Below, one piece after another: positions 52,270 to 56,199 of a stretch of 56,199 nucleotides of DNA. The stretch is from positions 75,849,329 to 75,905,527 of the forward strand of contig NC_068990.1 in NCBI RefSeq assembly GCF_001194135.2. The letters are read 5' to 3'. Numbering within the stretch: position 1 is the stretch's first letter; each line of letters begins with the position of its first letter. Made by a program: the position numbers and the translations under genes. This DNA comes from Octopus bimaculoides. Taxonomy: Eukaryota. Under the pieces are notes generated by a model. The model did no database searches and was not told the origin of the DNA. It worked only from the letters and a program-made list of their open reading frames with translations.

Positions 52270-54240
52270 CATTTGCTGTTCAAAACACACCAAAGATCGT
52301 TAACTTTACTCGATGCAGTGGAACCTTTACTCGATGCAGTGGAACCTTTACTCGATGCAGTGGAACCTTTACTCGATGCAGTGTTGATATTTCCTCCTTA
52401 GTTAATTTGAGAATGGACGCACTATATCTGACGACCGCCACTGCCCAGATATTGATTGCGGTAATCAAATTTTTGGCATTCAGGTTGTATTTCAACACCA
52501 TCTTCAGCCTGTTTTGATACACCTCGCTGACCTTGACTTTTATTTCTCATTGTAGAATGTCATCCAGCTCCAAAATCCCTAAATATCTATACCCACTACT
52601 ATCGGGTTCACCCCTGAACTCTCCTGATGGTAACCGCAGTCCTCTGCAGGCAGCTTTCTTCCCTCTGTTCATATTAAATACTGAGCATGTGGTAATCCCA
52701 AATTCCATACCGATGTCCCTACTACACTTCTGAACTGTTTTGGTTAAGGAATCGATCTGATTTTCAGATTTCCCAAACAATTTCAGGTCATCCATAAACA
52801 GAAAATGGTTCAATAATGAACCTTTCTTCCTACATCGGTAACCCTGCTTAACCTTCTTATGTGTCATTCTTATAGGTGTTAGTGCAATTACAAAAAGTAA
52901 CGGTGAAACGAATCACCTTGGAAAATTCCCCTTTTAATATTAATTTCTCCAGGGAATACATTACCTGAGTACAATTTGGTTTTCCACTTCTTCATGGTAT
53001 GCATCAGAAAATTTGTGATGTTGTCAGCAACACCAAACATATGCAGGCATTCAACGATCCGAGAATGAAGCACCATATCTTATGCCTTCTTAAAGTCAAT
53101 CCAAGCCATAGACATGTTTGTATGATTTTTACAATGCCTCAAAACTGTTTTATCGATGACCAGTTTTATTGTACCTTTCTAGACAAATTCATTCAGTTGG
53201 GCCGCGTGGCCATGAATCCCATTTGGTCTGGGAGCTTTCCAGTTAGGCACTTTACCAATTGCTCTTTCACGTCACCCCTGCTTATGACAATATTCCTTTG
53301 TTTCTTTCCTCTTTGTAATTCTGTCTTGATAGTTCCTATCTACATTGCATCCCTTTTATGTACCACATTGTTTCCCCATAATCCGCTCCAGAACTTCTTG
53401 GCTTGATTTGCATCAGAAGCAATACTTTCCCCCATCGTCTCCTAACGTTCGGAAGAATGGCTTCGGATTATTTTTGAACAATCTGTTCTCCTCGAATTGC
53501 TTATTTCTGTTCACAAATCTTCTGATCTTCTGGATTTTTGTCATGGTCCTCTGATCTATTACTGCATCAAACCCGTTCTTCCATAATTTATATTTCTTCT
53601 CTACTTTTTCTCAGTCGGTCTTTTTCCTATTTTTCTAGTTTCCTCTTAAGCATTGCTCAATTTTTCCTAGATCTTGCCTTGCCCACATTATGTCCCTTTC
53701 AATGCGTTGTTTCCACCATTGTTCTCAACAAGTAGTACAATAGCTCAGAGAAGATTCCTTGTTTGTGTAATGTCCTCCGTCTGGATGTATGGTATGACAG
53801 TATTTATCCTTTGTGTTACTTTATTTATCATACTCCTGTCTACCCTTCTCATATTCATGGGTATTTTTTCTTCTGGCGCATTCATCAAGTCGGTGAGTCA
53901 TCTTTGAATTTCAAGCAATTCATTATCTAGTTGGTTCATTTCCCCTGCATGTCCACCCACCACACTATCAGGGTTCCCAATATAACGTTCCTGTTCCTCA
54001 TCCTTAACAGCCCCATCACCATTCTACTGTTCCTCCTGTCTACCCTTCTCGCTGCTTTCAACTCTTGCCTCTCTGTTTTCAACTCCGATCATCCTTTGTT
54101 GCCCATCCGCAGGGTCTCTCAAACTCTCACTAACCTGAGATATTTCTATTCTAGTTAAGTAACCTTTCCTTCTAACCACTCTCACTTGGTTTATTAGTTT
54201 ATTCTCTGACATTGGACACATGTCCTTTTCCATCCACAGC
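52270..54240 (-). mobile_element. Dong/R4-clade non-LTR retrotransposon relic, from the N-terminal region through the RT
   Basis: Minus-strand peptides in order: ENKLINQVRVVRRKGYL; WWKQRIERDI; NKQFEENRLFKNNPKPFF; INIKRGIFQGDS; NHFLFMDDLKLF; YRYLGILE; LNAKNLITAINIWAVAVVRYS. Stops and frameshifts are present. Confidence 0.9.
52304..52383. repeat. 21-bp tandem repeat, 3.8 copies
   Basis: Unit ctttactcgatgcagtggaac at 52304, 52325 and 52346, and a partial copy at 52367. Confidence 0.95.
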
Positions 54241-54244
54241 CAAC

Positions 54245-54510
54245 AGACTATGATGACACTTGTTTACCGATCATGATTGAAGAACCCTGCAGAGAATTCG
54301 TACAGTTCCAAACAATGATGATTTTTGTAAGTGTTCTACCTTTACATTTGATGATGTTTGTAAGTGTTCTACCTTTACATTTGTACCAACTTTTTTAAGC
54401 CATGTTGGTAGTTGAATGTTAATACGTCCAACTATGCCAATTAGCACTGGCATCACGTCTACTCTCTGAATCTGTGTATTTCCCATTTCAAATCGTCATA
54501 GTTACTCAAA
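54245..54510 (-). mobile_element. 3'-terminal fragment of a Dong/R4-type ORF (end of the restriction-like endonuclease region)
   Basis: LSNYDDLKWEIHR, VMPVLIGIVG and LQKSSLFGTVRILCRVL* resemble K..KY.DLK.EI.R / VIP.VIGALG / LQKSALLGTARILRKVL. Contains a 33-bp in-frame duplication (54324-54350 and 54357-54383). Confidence 0.8.
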
Positions 54511-54514
54511 TATT

Positions 54515-54876
54515 ATTGTTGTTGTTGTTGTTGTTGTTGTTCTTCTTCTTCTTCTTCTTCTTCTTCTTCTTCTTCTTCTTCTTCTTCTTCTTCTACTTCT
54601 TCTTCTTTTTCTTCTTCTTCCCTCTTCTTCTTCTTCTTCTTCTTCTTCTTCTTCCCTCTTCTTCTTCTTCTTCTTCTTCTTCTTCTTCCCTCTTCTTCTT
54701 CTTCTTCTTCTTCTTCCCTCTTCTTCTTCTTCTTCTTCTTCTTCTTCTTCTTCTTCTTCTTCTTCTTTCAGTTATCGCTGGTAGTGCTGCTGTTATTATT
54801 TTGTTATTGTTATCATCACCGCATTGTCGTCGTCGTCGTCATCATCATCATCATCATCGTCATCACAACTACCACC

Positions 54877-54911
<35 letters not shown>

Positions 54912-54915
54912 TATT
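54515..54915. repeat. Compound (TTG)n-(TTC)n and (CGT/CAT)n microsatellites
   Basis: Visible repeats; explain the poly-L/F/S/H ORFs. Confidence 0.95.
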
Positions 54916-55359
54916 GTCAGAATGTTTCAATTTACTTGGAATTGTTGTTACCAGCGTCATTGTTAATGGTGTTGGCTCTCTCGTTCTTTCCACCGCTAAT
55001 GGCTGCACAGTAAATGCAGCAGTAGTTGACTTTATTGCCATATTAACACGTTCCATGACAAATGATCATTTTCCTTCCATCCATTGCTGGCGCCCAATTT
55101 TTTATAGGTACCAATTTCAGCGCTTTGTGCATTAATTAATCGGTTTCGTTAGGAAAGTTTCAAAAGAGAGAGGCGAAGAAAATGAACGAGAGATACGTAT
55201 GAAGGGTGAGTGAGAGAGATTATGAATGATGGAGACAGATGGTGAGAGCCGGAGTGTATATGAATGTGTTATTTTCCATAATCGTTATCAATATGGATTT
55301 TTTATATTCTGTTTACATGTATAAATATCTTCCGCGTGCATTTTTCTTTTGGTACTAGA

Positions 55360-55392
<33 letters not shown>

Positions 55393-55610
55393 NNNNNNNN
55401 NNNNNNNNNNNNNNNNNNNNNNNNNNNNNNNNNNNNNNNNNNNNNNNNNNNNNNNNNNNNNNNNNNNNNNNNNNNNNNNNNNNNNNNNNNNNNNNNNNNN
55501 NNNNNNNNNNNNNNNNNNNNNNNNNNNNNNNNNNNNNNNNNNNNNNNNNNNNNNNNNNNNNNNNNNNNNNNNNNNNNNNNNNNNNNNNNNNNNNNNNNNN
55601 NNNNNNNNNN

Positions 55611-55776
55611 TATACATATATACGACGGGCCTCTTTGAGTTTCCGTCTACCAAACCCACTCACAAGGCTTTGGTGGGCCCGAGGCTATAGTAGAAGACAC
55701 TTGCCTAAGGTGCCACGCAGTGGGACTGAACCCGGAACCATGTGGTTGGTAGGCAAGCTACTTACCACACAGCCAT
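55611..55776 (-). mobile_element. 5' half of a young family B SINE (remainder in a gap)
   Basis: Close match to 8298-8452: gtttccgtctaccaaa.ccactcacaaggctttggt, cccgaggctatagtagaagacacttgcctaaggtgccacgcagtgggactgaacccggaaccatgtgg. Confidence 0.9.
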
Positions 55777-55780
55777 ATTT

Positions 55781-55822
<42 letters not shown>

Positions 55823-55956
55823 GGACAGACAGACATAGAGACAGATAGATAAATAGATAGATAGATTTAGATACTGTTATATACCTGCTTATATAGATTT
55901 ACATACATACATATATATATATTTATATATATAAAGATAGATATATAGATAGATAG

Positions 55957-56034
<78 letters not shown>

Positions 56035-56199
56035 TACAGGGTGGGGGCGTCCTATGGGACGACATAGATGAGAGGAGGGTGGGATAGAAAGGACGGACGT
56101 TCTTGAAATGGCTATTACTCAGCCCCAAAGGAAGGGACATATGTCCGACAGGTACCATTTGTTCCGTGGTGTCTTAGCTCTTTTTTTTTTTTTTTTTTT

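Noticed and set aside
52304-52383. CRISPR-like array
   Set aside because: Contiguous tandem units without spacers, inside a eukaryotic LINE.
312-56158. Most ORFs in the supplied track (poly-YI, HT, CV, I, S, M, X)
   Set aside because: They are translations of di-, tri- and tetranucleotide microsatellites or read-through of N gaps, not genes.

Overview
Eukaryotic, AT-rich, gap-ridden draft-genome sequence. It is most likely a coleoid cephalopod (octopus-like), inferred from the tRNA-derived SINE families and the very high density of (CA/TA/GATA/CAT)n microsatellites. No intact host protein-coding gene, rRNA, true tRNA gene or CRISPR array could be recognised, so the window looks intronic or intergenic. 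Nearly all ORFs in the supplied track are translations of microsatellites or N gaps. Supportable content: more than 20 SINE copies, a decayed hAT (DUF4371/ZMYM1-like) transposase, an RTE-type RT relic, an L1/Tx1-type APE endonuclease relic, a Dong/R4-type LINE relic, a Penelope-like terminal fragment, and several MITE/fold-back elements. The most interesting signal is a set of hammerhead-ribozyme-like relics. One lies in a Penelope-like fragment (~2.0 kb), and the others lie in the arms of two ~270-bp fold-back elements (0.9-1.17 kb and 28.8-29.1 kb). All have mutated cores, so ribozyme activity is a hypothesis about the family consensus, not about these copies. All family assignments come from reading motifs by eye; no database search was run.
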